64,000 nucleotides of DNA. Source: Myxococcota bacterium. Its GTDB lineage: Bacteria > Myxococcota_A > UBA9160 > SMWR01. Below the pieces are notes generated by a model. That model did no database searches. It was not told the origin of the DNA and saw nothing but the letters and a program-made list of their open reading frames with translations. Below are positions 52,776-64,000 of this stretch, in pieces (position 1 is the stretch's first letter; the number at the start of each line of letters is the position of its first letter). The translations under genes and the position numbers were made by a program. The stretch lies in NCBI GenBank assembly GCA_039030075.1, contig JBCCEW010000009.1:43204-107203 (forward strand). Reading direction: 5' to 3'.

Positions 52776-53879
52776 TTGGGAACCTATACGCTCTACGGAG
52801 CCGAGATCTCCTACTACTCGGGAAAGGCCCGCGCCTACCTTCGCTACAAGGAGATTCCGTTCGAGGAGGTCGCGTCGGGCCGCAACGAGTACCGGGACGT
52901 GATCCTGCCCCGCGTGGGCTGGCCGGTGATTCCGATCCTGGTGACGCCCGACGACGAGACCCTGCAGGACACCAGCGACATCATCGACCACCTGGAGACG
53001 GTGTTTCCCGAGGCGCCCGTGTTTCCCGAGGGTCCGCGTCAGCGAAGCGTCGCGTTGCTGCTCGAGGTGTACGGCGACGAGTGGCTGAAGCTTCCGGCGA
53101 TGCACTACCGCTGGAACCACAACACCGACTGGATCATTCCCCAGTTCGGAGCGCTCTCGGCACCCGACGCCGACGCGGCGACCCAGCGGGAGATCGGCGA
53201 GAAGACCTGCAAGCCGTTCCGCGGCTCGCTGCCGGTGCTCGGGGTCGACGCCACCACGATCCCTGCGATCGAGGCGAGCTACGAGGCGCTGCTCGGTGAA
53301 CTCGACGCGCACTTCGCCGAGCACGAGTTCCTGTTCGGATCGCGGCCCTCGATCGGCGACTACGGCCTGATCGGTCCTCTCTACGCGCACCAATACCATG
53401 ACCCGGCTTCCGGAGCGCTGATGGAACGCCTCGCGCCGCGGGTGGTGGCCTGGGTGAAGCGGATGATGGACCCGAAGCCGAAGGCCGGAACCTTCCTCCC
53501 CCGCGACGAAGTCCCGGCGACGCTCCTCCCCGTCATCGAGCGCATGTTGCGCGAGCAGCGACCGGTCCTCGACGCGACCGTCGCCGCGCTGGGCGACTGG
53601 GCGGCGGCGAACCCGGGCGCCAGCGAGGTCCCCCGCGCCATCGGCATGCACGGGTTCGCGCTCGGCGCAGCCGAAGGCACACCGGTGCGCGGCGAGCGCG
53701 CGATCTTCCCCTTCGAGCAGTGGATGTGGCAGCGCCCCTGGGATCACTTCCAGGGGCTGGACGCCGATGCGCAGCAGTCCGTCCGCGACCTGCTCGGCCG
53801 GGTCGGTGCGCCCGACTGGCTCGACGCCACGATCCCGTGTCGCCTGACGCGACGGGACTTCAAGCTGGTTCGCGCCTGA
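52776..53879 (+). CDS. Glutathione S-transferase-like family protein (long form)
   Basis: TTG start with GGAGG 5 nt upstream. Thioredoxin-like N-domain 'YTLYGAEISYYSGKARAYLRYKEIPFEEV ... VIPILVTPDDETLQDTSDIIDHLE'. GST-C-like 'FLFGSRPSIGDYGL'. Confidence 0.7.
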   Translation: MGTYTLYGAEISYYSGKARAYLRYKEIPFEEVASGRNEYRDVILPRVGWPVIPILVTPDDETLQDTSDIIDHLETVFPEAPVFPEGPRQRSVALLLEVYGDEWLKLPAMHYRWNHNTDWIIPQFGALSAPDADAATQREIGEKTCKPFRGSLPVLGVDATTIPAIEASYEALLGELDAHFAEHEFLFGSRPSIGDYGLIGPLYAHQYHDPASGALMERLAPRVVAWVKRMMDPKPKAGTFLPRDEVPATLLPVIERMLREQRPVLDATVAALGDWAAANPGASEVPRAIGMHGFALGAAEGTPVRGERAIFPFEQWMWQRPWDHFQGLDADAQQSVRDLLGRVGAPDWLDATIPCRLTRRDFKLVRA

Positions 53880-53898
53880 GGGATCGCGCCCCGGCGGA

Positions 53899-55032
53899 TC
53901 AGAACCGGTTGGGTTCGATCAGCACCTTCTCGCCCGTGGCCTGGCGCCCGTAGGCGCGCATCACGTCCACGTCGAGGGCCTCGCGCAGCGAGACCCGCTT
54001 CGTGTAGTGGCTCGCGAAGGTGGTCTTGATCTCGGTGGCGACGCGCGCGTAGAGCGGCATCGCGTCCGCGCCGATCTTCGCCAGGAAGTTCGGGAGCAGC
54101 CAGCCGCCGATCCCCCAGGCCATCCCGAACCCGCGGCTGAGCCGCGTCTCGCTCGTGTCGAGACCCCCGTAGACGTAGACCTGCTTGTGGGTGGTCGAGC
54201 CGTACTGGGAGTGGCCGGTCGCGTTTCGGTTCAGCGCGCCTTCCATCGCGGTGAGGATCTGACTCGTCAGCGTCCCGCCGCCCGTGGCGTCGAACGCCAG
54301 GGTGGCGCCGGTGTCGGCGAGGGCGTCCACGAGATCCTTCATGAACGAGTCACGGCTCGAGTCGCAGACGTACTTCGCACCCAGGCCGCGCAGGAGTTCG
54401 GCCTGCTCCGGGCGCCGCACGATGTTCACCAGGTCGATGCCGTCGGCGATGCAGATCTTCTGGAGCATCTGGCCGAGGTTCGAGGCGGCAGCGGTGTGCA
54501 CGAGAGCGGTGTGCCCCTCGCGGCGCATGGTCTCGACCATGCCGAGGGCGGTGAGCGGGTTCACGAAACACGACGCGCCCTCGGCGGCCGTGGTGCCCTC
54601 GGCGAGCGGAATGCACTGCGCGGCCGGCAGGCAGCGGTACTCGCCGTACATCTCCCCGCCGAAGGCGCCGACCGTCTTTCCGATCAGCCCCTGGGCGGCC
54701 TCCGACGACCCGGCCGCCACGACCTCGCCCGCCCCTTCGTTGCCCACGCCGATGGCCTTGTCCGTGCGACCGCCCAGGCCTCGCAGCATCGCGGCGGGGA
54801 TGTCGGCCTGGACCTCGGGCGCGTCGGCGCTGCCGGTGGCGCGCAGGCTTTCCTTGTCGGCGCCGGTGAGCAGCACGCCGAGGTCCGACGGATTGATCGG
54901 CGATGCCTCGACGCGGATCAGCACTTCGTGCTCCCGCGGTTCGGGGAGCGGCTGGGTGTCGATCGAGAGCGTGAGGGTGCCGTCGGCACCCACGCGTGAC
55001 ACGATGCGGCGGTACTCGCTGGGGAGGGTCAT
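53899..55032 (-). CDS. MDR-superfamily oxidoreductase (quinone-oxidoreductase-like)
   Basis: ATG 55032 with AGGAGA SD. '[16 protein letters not shown]' and '[12 protein letters not shown]'. Lies 49 nt downstream of icd. Confidence 0.8.
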   Translation of the reverse strand: MTLPSEYRRIVSRVGADGTLTLSIDTQPLPEPREHEVLIRVEASPINPSDLGVLLTGADKESLRATGSADAPEVQADIPAAMLRGLGGRTDKAIGVGNEGAGEVVAAGSSEAAQGLIGKTVGAFGGEMYGEYRCLPAAQCIPLAEGTTAAEGASCFVNPLTALGMVETMRREGHTALVHTAAASNLGQMLQKICIADGIDLVNIVRRPEQAELLRGLGAKYVCDSSRDSFMKDLVDALADTGATLAFDATGGGTLTSQILTAMEGALNRNATGHSQYGSTTHKQVYVYGGLDTSETRLSRGFGMAWGIGGWLLPNFLAKIGADAMPLYARVATEIKTTFASHYTKRVSLREALDVDVMRAYGRQATGEKVLIEPNRF

Positions 55033-55081
55033 GGGGGTCTCCTGGTGGGCGCAGTGGTGGAGGTTCGCGGTCGGGCTTCGC

Positions 55082-57313
<2,232 letters not shown>

Positions 57314-57466
57314 GGTGTCCTTCGTCGGCGAGGGTTGGAAGGGTGGAAGGGGAGAAAGGCGGATGACGAGACGGGGCGCGCGCCTGCGAGGCGGCCAAGA
57401 ATAGGCAAAGACGGCGCGGCGTGGGGCGCCGGGCAGGCTCGATCACCCCGGACCGGGTCGGGCGCG

Positions 57467-58549
57467 CTAGGCCAGCAGCGCGTCGCTCTCGTGGTCGCGG
57501 ATCGCCTGGCAGGCGCGAGAACACATCGCCATGAACATGTCGTTCCCGCGCTCGGTGGGCTCCACCGCAATCGAGCCCAGCACGGTGACCAGGGGTCCCT
57601 GAAAGAGGCCGTGCCGGTAGTCCTCGAGGCAGGCGTCGGCGTCGTAGCCCCCGACGCCCAGCTTCGCGAGTTCGTCCCGGTAGGCTGCCAGCAAAGCACC
57701 CTCGTGGGTGCGACGCAGCTCCGGGGGGAAGCTGTTGCCCAGGAAATACGCGACGTCGCGGCCCGGCGAGCCCCAGGCCACGGTCTGCCAGTCGACGGTG
57801 GCGACCGGCGCGCCGCCCGCGTCCGTGGCGAAGAGGAGGTTGTCGAGCCGGTAGTCCCCGTGGACCAGCGCGCGGCGGCCCGGCGAATCGAGGAGCCAGC
57901 GTTCGCATCCGGCGGCGAAGCGACGCAGGACGGGCGCGTCGTCCGGGTGCATGCGGTCGGCGTACCGCTCGATGAAGGTCTCGGTACTCGCGATGAGGAT
58001 CTGGGACATCATCGCCGCGACCTCGGGGCTGGCCGAACCGACCCAGTCGGCGTTCTCGAGCGCGCCCCCCGCCCAGCTCGGCGCATGGAGCCCGGCGAGG
58101 TTGCGCAGCGCGATCTCGGCCTCGGCGACCGAGGCGCCGCGGATCTGGTCGCCCTGCTCACACGGCGCCAGGTCTTCGAGCACCAACACGAAGCCGTCGT
58201 TCTCGGGGCTGATGTCGGCGTGCAGGCAGCGCGGCGTGCGGATCGCGAGCTGGGAGGCGAGCTGTTGGTAGAAGTTGACCTCGGTGAGGTAGGCGCCCGA
58301 CGCGCCCGACTGCCGACTGGTGGGGTTCGAGGCGGGCACCTTCACCACGAGAGTGGTCGGCGCGCCGGGCACGGCCGCGGCGTAGTCGAGCTGGAGCCGG
58401 TAGTTGTCGGCCATCTGGCCGGTCCCGACCGGGGTATACGTGAAACCGCGCAGCTCCACGTCGAAGCCCGCGTGACGCAGGACCGCTGCGACCCAATCGG
58501 TGGGGATCGCCTGGGGCTCGTCGTAGAGCGGAAGGTCGGGAACGCGCAT
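57467..58549 (-). CDS. Phosphotransferase (APH-fold) family protein, second copy
   Basis: ATG 58549. '[13 protein letters not shown]' catalytic loop and 'TVDWQ' metal motif. The long ORF 57467..58654 is trimmed. Confidence 0.8.
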   Translation of the reverse strand: MRVPDLPLYDEPQAIPTDWVAAVLRHAGFDVELRGFTYTPVGTGQMADNYRLQLDYAAAVPGAPTTLVVKVPASNPTSRQSGASGAYLTEVNFYQQLASQLAIRTPRCLHADISPENDGFVLVLEDLAPCEQGDQIRGASVAEAEIALRNLAGLHAPSWAGGALENADWVGSASPEVAAMMSQILIASTETFIERYADRMHPDDAPVLRRFAAGCERWLLDSPGRRALVHGDYRLDNLLFATDAGGAPVATVDWQTVAWGSPGRDVAYFLGNSFPPELRRTHEGALLAAYRDELAKLGVGGYDADACLEDYRHGLFQGPLVTVLGSIAVEPTERGNDMFMAMCSRACQAIRDHESDALLA

Positions 58550-58562
58550 CGCTTCGTGCCGG

Positions 58563-59687
58563 CTAGCGGGCCGGGTCGAGGAACTCCTTGAAGCCGTAGC
58601 GCTCGTGGGGCCCCAGGCAGATCTGTTCGAGGACGCCGATGCCTTCCTGGCCACCGCAGCGGGCGCGCACGACCTGCTGGATGTGCTGGTTCTCGAGGGC
58701 CATCTCGTCGATGTCGTCGAGCTTCCACTTCTCGCCGCCGACGGCGAGCTCGCCCTTCCACTGTCCGTGGCCCCATTCGGGGTGGGAGTAGCCGATGCCC
58801 TTCATGCGGAAGGGCAGCACTGCCTCGAGCTCGATCTCGTTCACCGCGCCGCTGACCTCGGTCTTGGTGACCACGGCGCGTCGCGCGCGGCGCGTGCCGG
58901 GCAGGTACTCGATGTCGTGGGTGACGGCGCGCAAGGGCAGGGCGTCGGGATCCTCGATCCCCGGAATCCGTGCCGGGTCGGCGTAGGTGGGCAGGACCAT
59001 CCCGTCCCAGTGCCAGCAGATGCCGTAGCCGTTCTCGAACACGCCCGCGTGGGTGCAGCGGTCGGGCCAGTGCAGCGGCGCCCATAGGAAGAACACCTGC
59101 GGCATCTGGTTCGGCGGCGCCCCGCCCGGATCGCGGTCGCCGACCGGGCGAATGCCCCAGCTGCGGTCCTTCGTCCCGTAGGTCGTCGACGGATCGACGC
59201 GGAGGGTCTTGCCTTCGTAGCGGAGCTCGCCCTGCCAGAAGCCGAACTGGTTGAAACGCGTGGCTTCCATGTGGGTGCGGTTCGGGGCGAGGTTGCGCTG
59301 ATGTCCCTCGGCGAAGTTCGCCGTGCGCGGGATCCAGAGCAGCTCGCCTGCGATCCCGGTCTCGTTGTCGTCGACGACGATCCGCAGCGATTTCATCGGC
59401 TCCAGGATCTCGATGCGGAAGGGCCCGATGTCGATCTCGTCCCGCTGCTGGGGAGCGCGGCGCGAGCAGTGGAAGGCGTGCTGCTCTCCGTCGATCACGA
59501 GCGAGAGGCCGCCGTCCATGATCCCCAGGTTGGGATAGAGCGCGGCGCCGATGCCGATGTAGAAGGCACCGTCCCGGTCATAGCCGTTGAACCAGTAGCG
59601 GTCGTAGGCGTTGCGATCGCTGGTGGCGGGCACGGCGATCGGGTGGGTGGTCTGGTGGATCGGGTAGTCGTCGAACTTCGAGAGCAT
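58563..59687 (-). CDS. Hypothetical protein, 'DRSWG' family B (distant paralogue of 49315..50256)
   Basis: ATG 59687 with GAGGAGG SD. 'YDRYWFNGYD', 'LYPNLGI', 'YGTKDRSWGIRP' and 'HPEWGHGQWKGE'. 374 aa. Confidence 0.65.
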   Translation of the reverse strand: MLSKFDDYPIHQTTHPIAVPATSDRNAYDRYWFNGYDRDGAFYIGIGAALYPNLGIMDGGLSLVIDGEQHAFHCSRRAPQQRDEIDIGPFRIEILEPMKSLRIVVDDNETGIAGELLWIPRTANFAEGHQRNLAPNRTHMEATRFNQFGFWQGELRYEGKTLRVDPSTTYGTKDRSWGIRPVGDRDPGGAPPNQMPQVFFLWAPLHWPDRCTHAGVFENGYGICWHWDGMVLPTYADPARIPGIEDPDALPLRAVTHDIEYLPGTRRARRAVVTKTEVSGAVNEIELEAVLPFRMKGIGYSHPEWGHGQWKGELAVGGEKWKLDDIDEMALENQHIQQVVRARCGGQEGIGVLEQICLGPHERYGFKEFLDPAR

Positions 59688-59724
59688 GGCGCCTCCTCGT
59701 GGCGCGCGTGCGCCGCCGGGGAAT

Positions 59725-60357
59725 CTAGGCGCCTCCTCGACCCATCGCCCGCGCGACCCGCGCGAGCAGCTTCTTCTGGCGCGCGAGGTTCTCCGGATCG
59801 AGCAGACGCCCCTCGGCCATGCGGGAGAAGGCGCGCTCGGACAGGAAGTACCCCGTGACCAGATGGAACATGGCGAGGACCCGGATCGCCGCCTCGCTGC
59901 GGTCCTCGCCCGAGGCACCGGCGGGGGGCGCAGCCGCCAGCCCCTGGGCGAAGAGCCGATCGAGCCAGGCATCGACCAGCGGCGCCGCCTCTCCGGCCTG
60001 GCCCTGGAGCGCCTGCTGGAAGAACGCGGGGAGACGGGGATGTTCGGCGAGCAGGTCCATCATGCGCCCGGGCAGGCTGGCGGCCGGGATGGTGTGCGCG
60101 GCTTCGAGGGCGTCGGCCATCGGCTGCAGGGCGCGGTCGAGCACGGCGGCGTAGAGCGCGCGCTTCCCCGCGAAGTAGTTGTAGAGGCCGGGCTCGCGGA
60201 TCCCGGCTTCCGCCGCGATCTCGCGCAGCGAAACACCGTCGAAGCCGCGTTCGGCAAAGCCCGCCTCGGCGGCGTCGAGGATCCGCGTGCGGGTGCGCTC
60301 GCCCTTGGTCCCGCGTCGTGAGGGCGGGGGGCCGGGGTCTCGGGTTCCGCGGGCCAC
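59725..60357 (-). CDS. TetR/AcrR family transcriptional regulator
   Basis: GTG start with GGAGG 4 nt upstream. HTH 'ILDAAEAGFAERGFDGVSLREIAAEAGIREPGLYNYFAGK'. Confidence 0.85.
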   Translation of the reverse strand: MARGTRDPGPPPSRRGTKGERTRTRILDAAEAGFAERGFDGVSLREIAAEAGIREPGLYNYFAGKRALYAAVLDRALQPMADALEAAHTIPAASLPGRMMDLLAEHPRLPAFFQQALQGQAGEAAPLVDAWLDRLFAQGLAAAPPAGASGEDRSEAAIRVLAMFHLVTGYFLSERAFSRMAEGRLLDPENLARQKKLLARVARAMGRGGA

Positions 60358-60377
60358 GAAGCCTCCTTGTCCAAAAT

Positions 60378-60393
60378 ATTATCACATGATAAT
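60378..60393. promoter_or_regulatory. Perfect 7-2-7 inverted repeat ATTATCA-CA-TGATAAT inside a ~26-bp AT-rich island; candidate TetR operator/divergent promoter core
   Basis: Read directly (AAAATATTATCACATGATAATTTTTA). Lies 20 bp upstream of the TetR GTG and 68 bp upstream of the Rieske alpha ATG. Contains -10-like hexamers on both strands. Confidence 0.55.
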
Positions 60394-60460
60394 TTTTATG
60401 GGGTCGCCCGAGGGCGACGCCGCTCTCCGTGCCCGACGGAGTTCCTGGAGGAGGAGGCGC

Positions 60461-61771
60461 ATGGCCCCGCGAGTCGCCGACGTCGTCAACGCCGATGCCA
60501 CCCTGATCCAGCGCAGCGCCTGGAGTGATCCCGACCTCTACGCGCTCGAGAAGGTGGCGATCTTCGGGAAGAGCTGGCTCTTCCTCGCCCACGACTCCCA
60601 GATCCCCGAGCCGGGCGACTTCGTCCAGGCCTACATGTGCGAAACCCCGGTGATCGTCGTGCGCGGGCGCGATGGACGCGTGCACGCCCACGTGAACAGC
60701 TGCACGCATCGGGGGCTGCCCGTGTGTCGCGCCGATCGGGGGAACACGGCGAAGTTCATCTGCCCCTACCACAACTGGACGTACTCGATCGAAGGCAAGC
60801 TCCAGGCGATTCCCCAGGCGCGACATCTGCAGCACGCGCCGGACAAGAGCACCCTCGGGTTGAAGGCCGTGCCGCGTCTCGAGAGCTGGAACGGGATGTG
60901 GTTCGGGTGTTTCGACCCCGAGGTGGTGTCGCTGGCGGACTACCTCGGCGACATGCGCTGGTACCTCGACGCCTTCTTCGGACGCTTCGCGGAGGGCGTC
61001 GAGTTCGTGGGCTCGCCCCAGCGCTGGGTGATCGACGCGAACTGGAAGCTCCCGGTCGAGAACCAGCTCGGCGACGTCAATCACGGGCCGTTCCTCCACG
61101 CCGCCGTGATTCCGCCCGAGGCCAACGCCGAGGTCTTCGAGCGCGGCGTCAGCGCCGTTGCCGAGCCCGGACACGGGGCCACCTTCCGCTGGATGCCCGA
61201 GGACGCGCCGGTCGAGAGTGTGGCCTGGGGCTTCGAGGGCATGGCCTCCCTGCTGGCACCCGAGGTGCACGACTACCTGCGCGAGATCCAGGCGCGCGCC
61301 GCCGAGCGCGTCGGCCCGGCGCGCGCGCGCATGAAGGGCCTGACCTACGGCGTGTTTCCCAACCTCTCGTTCCTGTGGTCGAACACGGCCTTCAAGGTGT
61401 CCCACCCGCGTGGACCGGGGCGGGTCGAGTACTGGTCGTGGTCGGTGGTTCCGGCCGACGCGCCCGAGGCCTTCAAGAAGATCCTGCGCGGCAACCACAC
61501 GGCGTTCTTCGGCGCCGGCGGCATCCTCGAACAGGAGGACTCGGAGGCCTGGATGCAGCAGTACGTCGGCAGTCGCATCGACTTCGCGGAGGACCGGCCG
61601 TACTACTACGGGCTCGGCCTCGGCGAGGAGAAACCCCACCCCGAGCTGCCCGGGCTCGTGAGCGTGACGGCGAACGAGTTCTACGCGCGCCACTTCTTCC
61701 TGCGCTGGCGGGACGCCCTGCTCGAGGCCGAACGAGATCGCGAAGCCGAGCGAGACCGCGATGCCGGCTGA
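60461..61771 (+). CDS. Rieske non-haem iron aromatic-ring-hydroxylating oxygenase, alpha subunit
   Basis: GGAGGAGGAGG SD. Rieske 'CTHRG...CPYHNW'. Mononuclear Fe motif 'ENQLGDVNHGPFLH'. Confidence 0.9.
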   Translation: MAPRVADVVNADATLIQRSAWSDPDLYALEKVAIFGKSWLFLAHDSQIPEPGDFVQAYMCETPVIVVRGRDGRVHAHVNSCTHRGLPVCRADRGNTAKFICPYHNWTYSIEGKLQAIPQARHLQHAPDKSTLGLKAVPRLESWNGMWFGCFDPEVVSLADYLGDMRWYLDAFFGRFAEGVEFVGSPQRWVIDANWKLPVENQLGDVNHGPFLHAAVIPPEANAEVFERGVSAVAEPGHGATFRWMPEDAPVESVAWGFEGMASLLAPEVHDYLREIQARAAERVGPARARMKGLTYGVFPNLSFLWSNTAFKVSHPRGPGRVEYWSWSVVPADAPEAFKKILRGNHTAFFGAGGILEQEDSEAWMQQYVGSRIDFAEDRPYYYGLGLGEEKPHPELPGLVSVTANEFYARHFFLRWRDALLEAERDREAERDRDAG

Positions 61772-62318
61772 GGGTGTCACCCCCGAGCTCCAGCTGCGCG
61801 TGGAGCAGTGGTACTACCGGGAAGCCCGGCTCCTCGACGGGCGCGAGTACCAGAAGTGGCTCGCCCTGTGCGCACCGGACATCCGCTACGTGGTGCCGGG
61901 GCGCGGCAACCCGCTGGTCGACAACGCGGAGCAGGGGCAGGAGTCGATGCTCTCGGTGGAACGCGAGCTCGAGGGCATCGAGTCGGATGGGCTCCCGATC
62001 CGCGACGAGACGCTGCCCTACCTGATGCTTCGCGTCGAACGCAGCTACAAGCCCAACGCCTGGTCCGAGAACCCGCCCGCGCGCACGCGCCGGCTGGTCG
62101 GAAACGTCGAGATCCTCGGACGCGAAGGCGATCGGCTCTCGATCGTGAGCGCCTTCCATCTCTATTACACCCGCCCAGGGAGCGCCGACTTCCTCTACGC
62201 CGGTCAGCGCCGCGACGTGCTGGTGGCCGACGCCGAAAGTGACTACCGGATCGCGCGTCGCGAAGTGGTGCTCGACCTGGCCGAGATCCGCTATCCCACG
62301 CTCGGTCTGTTCTTCTAG
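61761..62318 (+). CDS. Ring-hydroxylating oxygenase beta subunit (NTF2-like)
   Basis: Overlaps the alpha stop by 11 nt. 'VEQWYYREARLLDGREYQKWLAL' and 'YAGQRRDVL' are typical of the beta subunit. Confidence 0.85.
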   Translation: MPAEGVTPELQLRVEQWYYREARLLDGREYQKWLALCAPDIRYVVPGRGNPLVDNAEQGQESMLSVERELEGIESDGLPIRDETLPYLMLRVERSYKPNAWSENPPARTRRLVGNVEILGREGDRLSIVSAFHLYYTRPGSADFLYAGQRRDVLVADAESDYRIARREVVLDLAEIRYPTLGLFF

Positions 62319-62363
62319 CTCGCTCGGTCCCGCATCGGATGGGCTGCTCACGGAGTTCCGCAC

Positions 62364-63383
62364 ATGCACGTGACTGCGACGATGGGTGCCGACGTGCCGC
62401 TGGCCGACGTCGCGGCCCACGCCCGCCGCGTCGAGGCCCTCGGATACGATCGACTCTCGGTGCCCGAGGCACGGCACGATGGCCTGCTCGCCAGTCATGC
62501 GGCGCTCCTGGCCACCGAGTCGCTCCAGATCGGGACCGGTGTGCTCGTGGCCTTCGCACGCAGCCCGATGCTCGTGGCCCAGGGCGCGTGGGATCTCCAC
62601 GCCTGCTCCGGCGGGCGCTTCGAACTCGGCCTCGGCACCCAGATCAAGGCGAACATCCAGGGGCGCTTCGGCATGCCGTGGAGCGCGCCGGCCGCGCGCA
62701 TGCGCGACTTCGTCGGGGCGGTCCGCGCCTGCTTCGACGCGTTCCAGAACGGCGCGCCCCTGCAATTCGAGAGCGAGAGCTATCGACTCGACCGGCTGCA
62801 GCCCTTCTTCAACCCCGGTCCCCTGCCGAGTGGGCCGCCGGCGATCCTGCTCGGTGCGGTCGGTCCGGTCATGACGCGCACCGCGGGGGAGGTCGCTGAC
62901 GCGATTCAGACCCACCCGACCAACAGCGAGGCGCGCTACCTGCGCGAGGTGATGCGCCCGCGGCTCGACGAAGGTCAGAAGCGCGCGGGCCGCGCCGAGC
63001 GCGTCGAGATCGCGGCGGGTCCCTTGATCGCGACGGGTCCGGACGCCGATACGGTGGCGCGCGAACGTCGGAAGGCGCGCGAGACGCTGGTCTTCACCTT
63101 GAGCACGCCGGCGTACTGGCCGGCCCTCGAGCACCACGGCTGGAAGGCGGTCGGCGAAACCCTGCGCGACTACACGCGCGAAGGGCGCTGGGCGGAGATG
63201 GATGGCGTGCTGCCCGAGGAGGTGGTCGAAGCGTTCGTGCCGACGGCAACGTACGCCGAGATCGCCGATCGCGTGCTCGCGCAGTACGGCGGCACCTGCG
63301 AGCGCATCCTGTTCCCGGTTCCCGAGGATCCGGCCCAGGACGCTGCCGCGCGCGAAGCGATCCGCGCGCTGCGCGCCGGCTGA
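62364..63383 (+). CDS. Luciferase-like monooxygenase (LLM) class oxidoreductase, probably F420- or FMN-dependent
   Basis: 'LGYDRLSVPEARHDGL', 'GTGVLVAFARSP' and 'GRFELGLGTQ' are typical of the LLM TIM barrel and resemble the F420-dependent subclass (memory). Confidence 0.8.
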   Translation: MHVTATMGADVPLADVAAHARRVEALGYDRLSVPEARHDGLLASHAALLATESLQIGTGVLVAFARSPMLVAQGAWDLHACSGGRFELGLGTQIKANIQGRFGMPWSAPAARMRDFVGAVRACFDAFQNGAPLQFESESYRLDRLQPFFNPGPLPSGPPAILLGAVGPVMTRTAGEVADAIQTHPTNSEARYLREVMRPRLDEGQKRAGRAERVEIAAGPLIATGPDADTVARERRKARETLVFTLSTPAYWPALEHHGWKAVGETLRDYTREGRWAEMDGVLPEEVVEAFVPTATYAEIADRVLAQYGGTCERILFPVPEDPAQDAAAREAIRALRAG

Positions 63384-63386
63384 GCG

Positions 63387-64000
63387 CTACTCGGCGGACT
63401 CGCTCTCCTGGTAGCGCGGCGTGATGGCGATCCGGCGGATCGTCTCACGCGACGCGAGCGCGTTCACGACTTCCGCGGCGACGCTCTCGGCGTCCATCAT
63501 GCGCCCGTACATGTAGCCCTCGGCGCTCCAGCGCTCGACGATGTGAGCGAGCTTCGCCGGGTCGAGCCCGACGCCGAACTCGCTCAGCGCGTCGCCGATC
63601 GCCATCGTCGTGAACGACACGCGTCGGTGCTCGCCCTGCCAGGCCTGGACGAGGGTCTCGAGGGCCACCTTGCTCACGACGTAGGTGGCCTGCTCGGGTC
63701 GTGGCGGTCGATCGTCGATCACGATCGAGGACATAACGACGGCTTTGCCCGCACTCGCGTCGAGGTGGGCGATGGCCGAGTTCAGGACGAGGGACGCACC
63801 GATCAGATTGGTGTCGAGGACTTCGCGCCAGGTCGCGGCGTCGATCTCCTCGATCGGACAGAAGGACGAGATCCCCGGCGCGTAGACCACGGCGTCGAGG
63901 CGCCCGAAGGCCTCGACGGTCCGCGCGACGGCGGCGCGACAGGACGATTCGTCGCGCACGTCGCACACGACGGCGAGGTGCTTCTCGCCGGCGGCCCGCG
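63387..64000 (-). CDS. Short-chain dehydrogenase/reductase (partial; N-terminus beyond right edge)
   Basis: The frame stays open to position 64000 (..AAGEKHLAVVCDVRD..). Catalytic 'YVVSKVALE' (YxxxK) and 'MSSI'. Confidence 0.8.
   Translation of the reverse strand, partial: RAAGEKHLAVVCDVRDESSCRAAVARTVEAFGRLDAVVYAPGISSFCPIEEIDAATWREVLDTNLIGASLVLNSAIAHLDASAGKAVVMSSIVIDDRPPRPEQATYVVSKVALETLVQAWQGEHRRVSFTTMAIGDALSEFGVGLDPAKLAHIVERWSAEGYMYGRMMDAESVAAEVVNALASRETIRRIAITPRYQESESAE

Noticed and set aside
59495-61780. 761-aa minus-strand ORF antisense to the Rieske alpha gene and overlapping the TetR gene
   Set aside because: It has artefact composition. The region is explained by the TetR (another minus-strand frame) and the Rieske alpha subunit on the plus strand.

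Overview
GC-rich (not computed; by eye well above 60% G+C) bacterial chromosomal segment, almost completely coding. I can support 55 protein-coding genes (two truncated by the window edges), five short regulatory DNA motifs and two terminator-like hairpin sites. I recognised no rRNA, tRNA, CRISPR array, transposase, integrase or phage gene. Gram-negative envelope signatures are present: lipoboxes, an AsmA-like protein, a PEP-CTERM-like sorting tail and a HAF/FG-GAP surface protein. Most of the content is small, regulator-linked catabolic or redox units. These include two Baeyer-Villiger-type flavin monooxygenases, a P450, a two-subunit Rieske oxygenase, an LLM-type oxidoreductase, a CmcJ-like oxygenase, a bicupin, NTF2/SnoaL-like proteins, dehydrogenases and an acyl-CoA ligase. 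Housekeeping genes are also present (recQ, monomeric icd, a trans-sulfuration PLP enzyme). Many real starts are GTG/TTG. Most long ORFs in the six-frame track that overlap these genes in other frames are Arg/Pro/Gly-rich high-GC artefacts. The four most interesting items are as follows. (i) A gene pair, 'DRSWG-motif protein of unknown family -> APH-fold kinase', occurs twice: 49315-50256/48245-49318 with an acyl-CoA ligase, and 58563-59687/57467-58549 under a TetR next to a Rieske oxygenase. It looks like an undescribed kinase-dependent catabolic module. (ii) A wHTH-AAA-TPR regulator plus multi-TM histidine kinase lies divergent from an MddA-like membrane methyltransferase and a soluble methyltransferase, with a perfect tandem 11-bp direct repeat in the shared promoter region. 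(iii) A membrane protein ends in an uncharacterised CxxC...HCxCxxC module. (iv) A mosaic 1033-aa surface protein has an ambiguous start codon. All functional calls come from motif recognition by eye, not from database searches.
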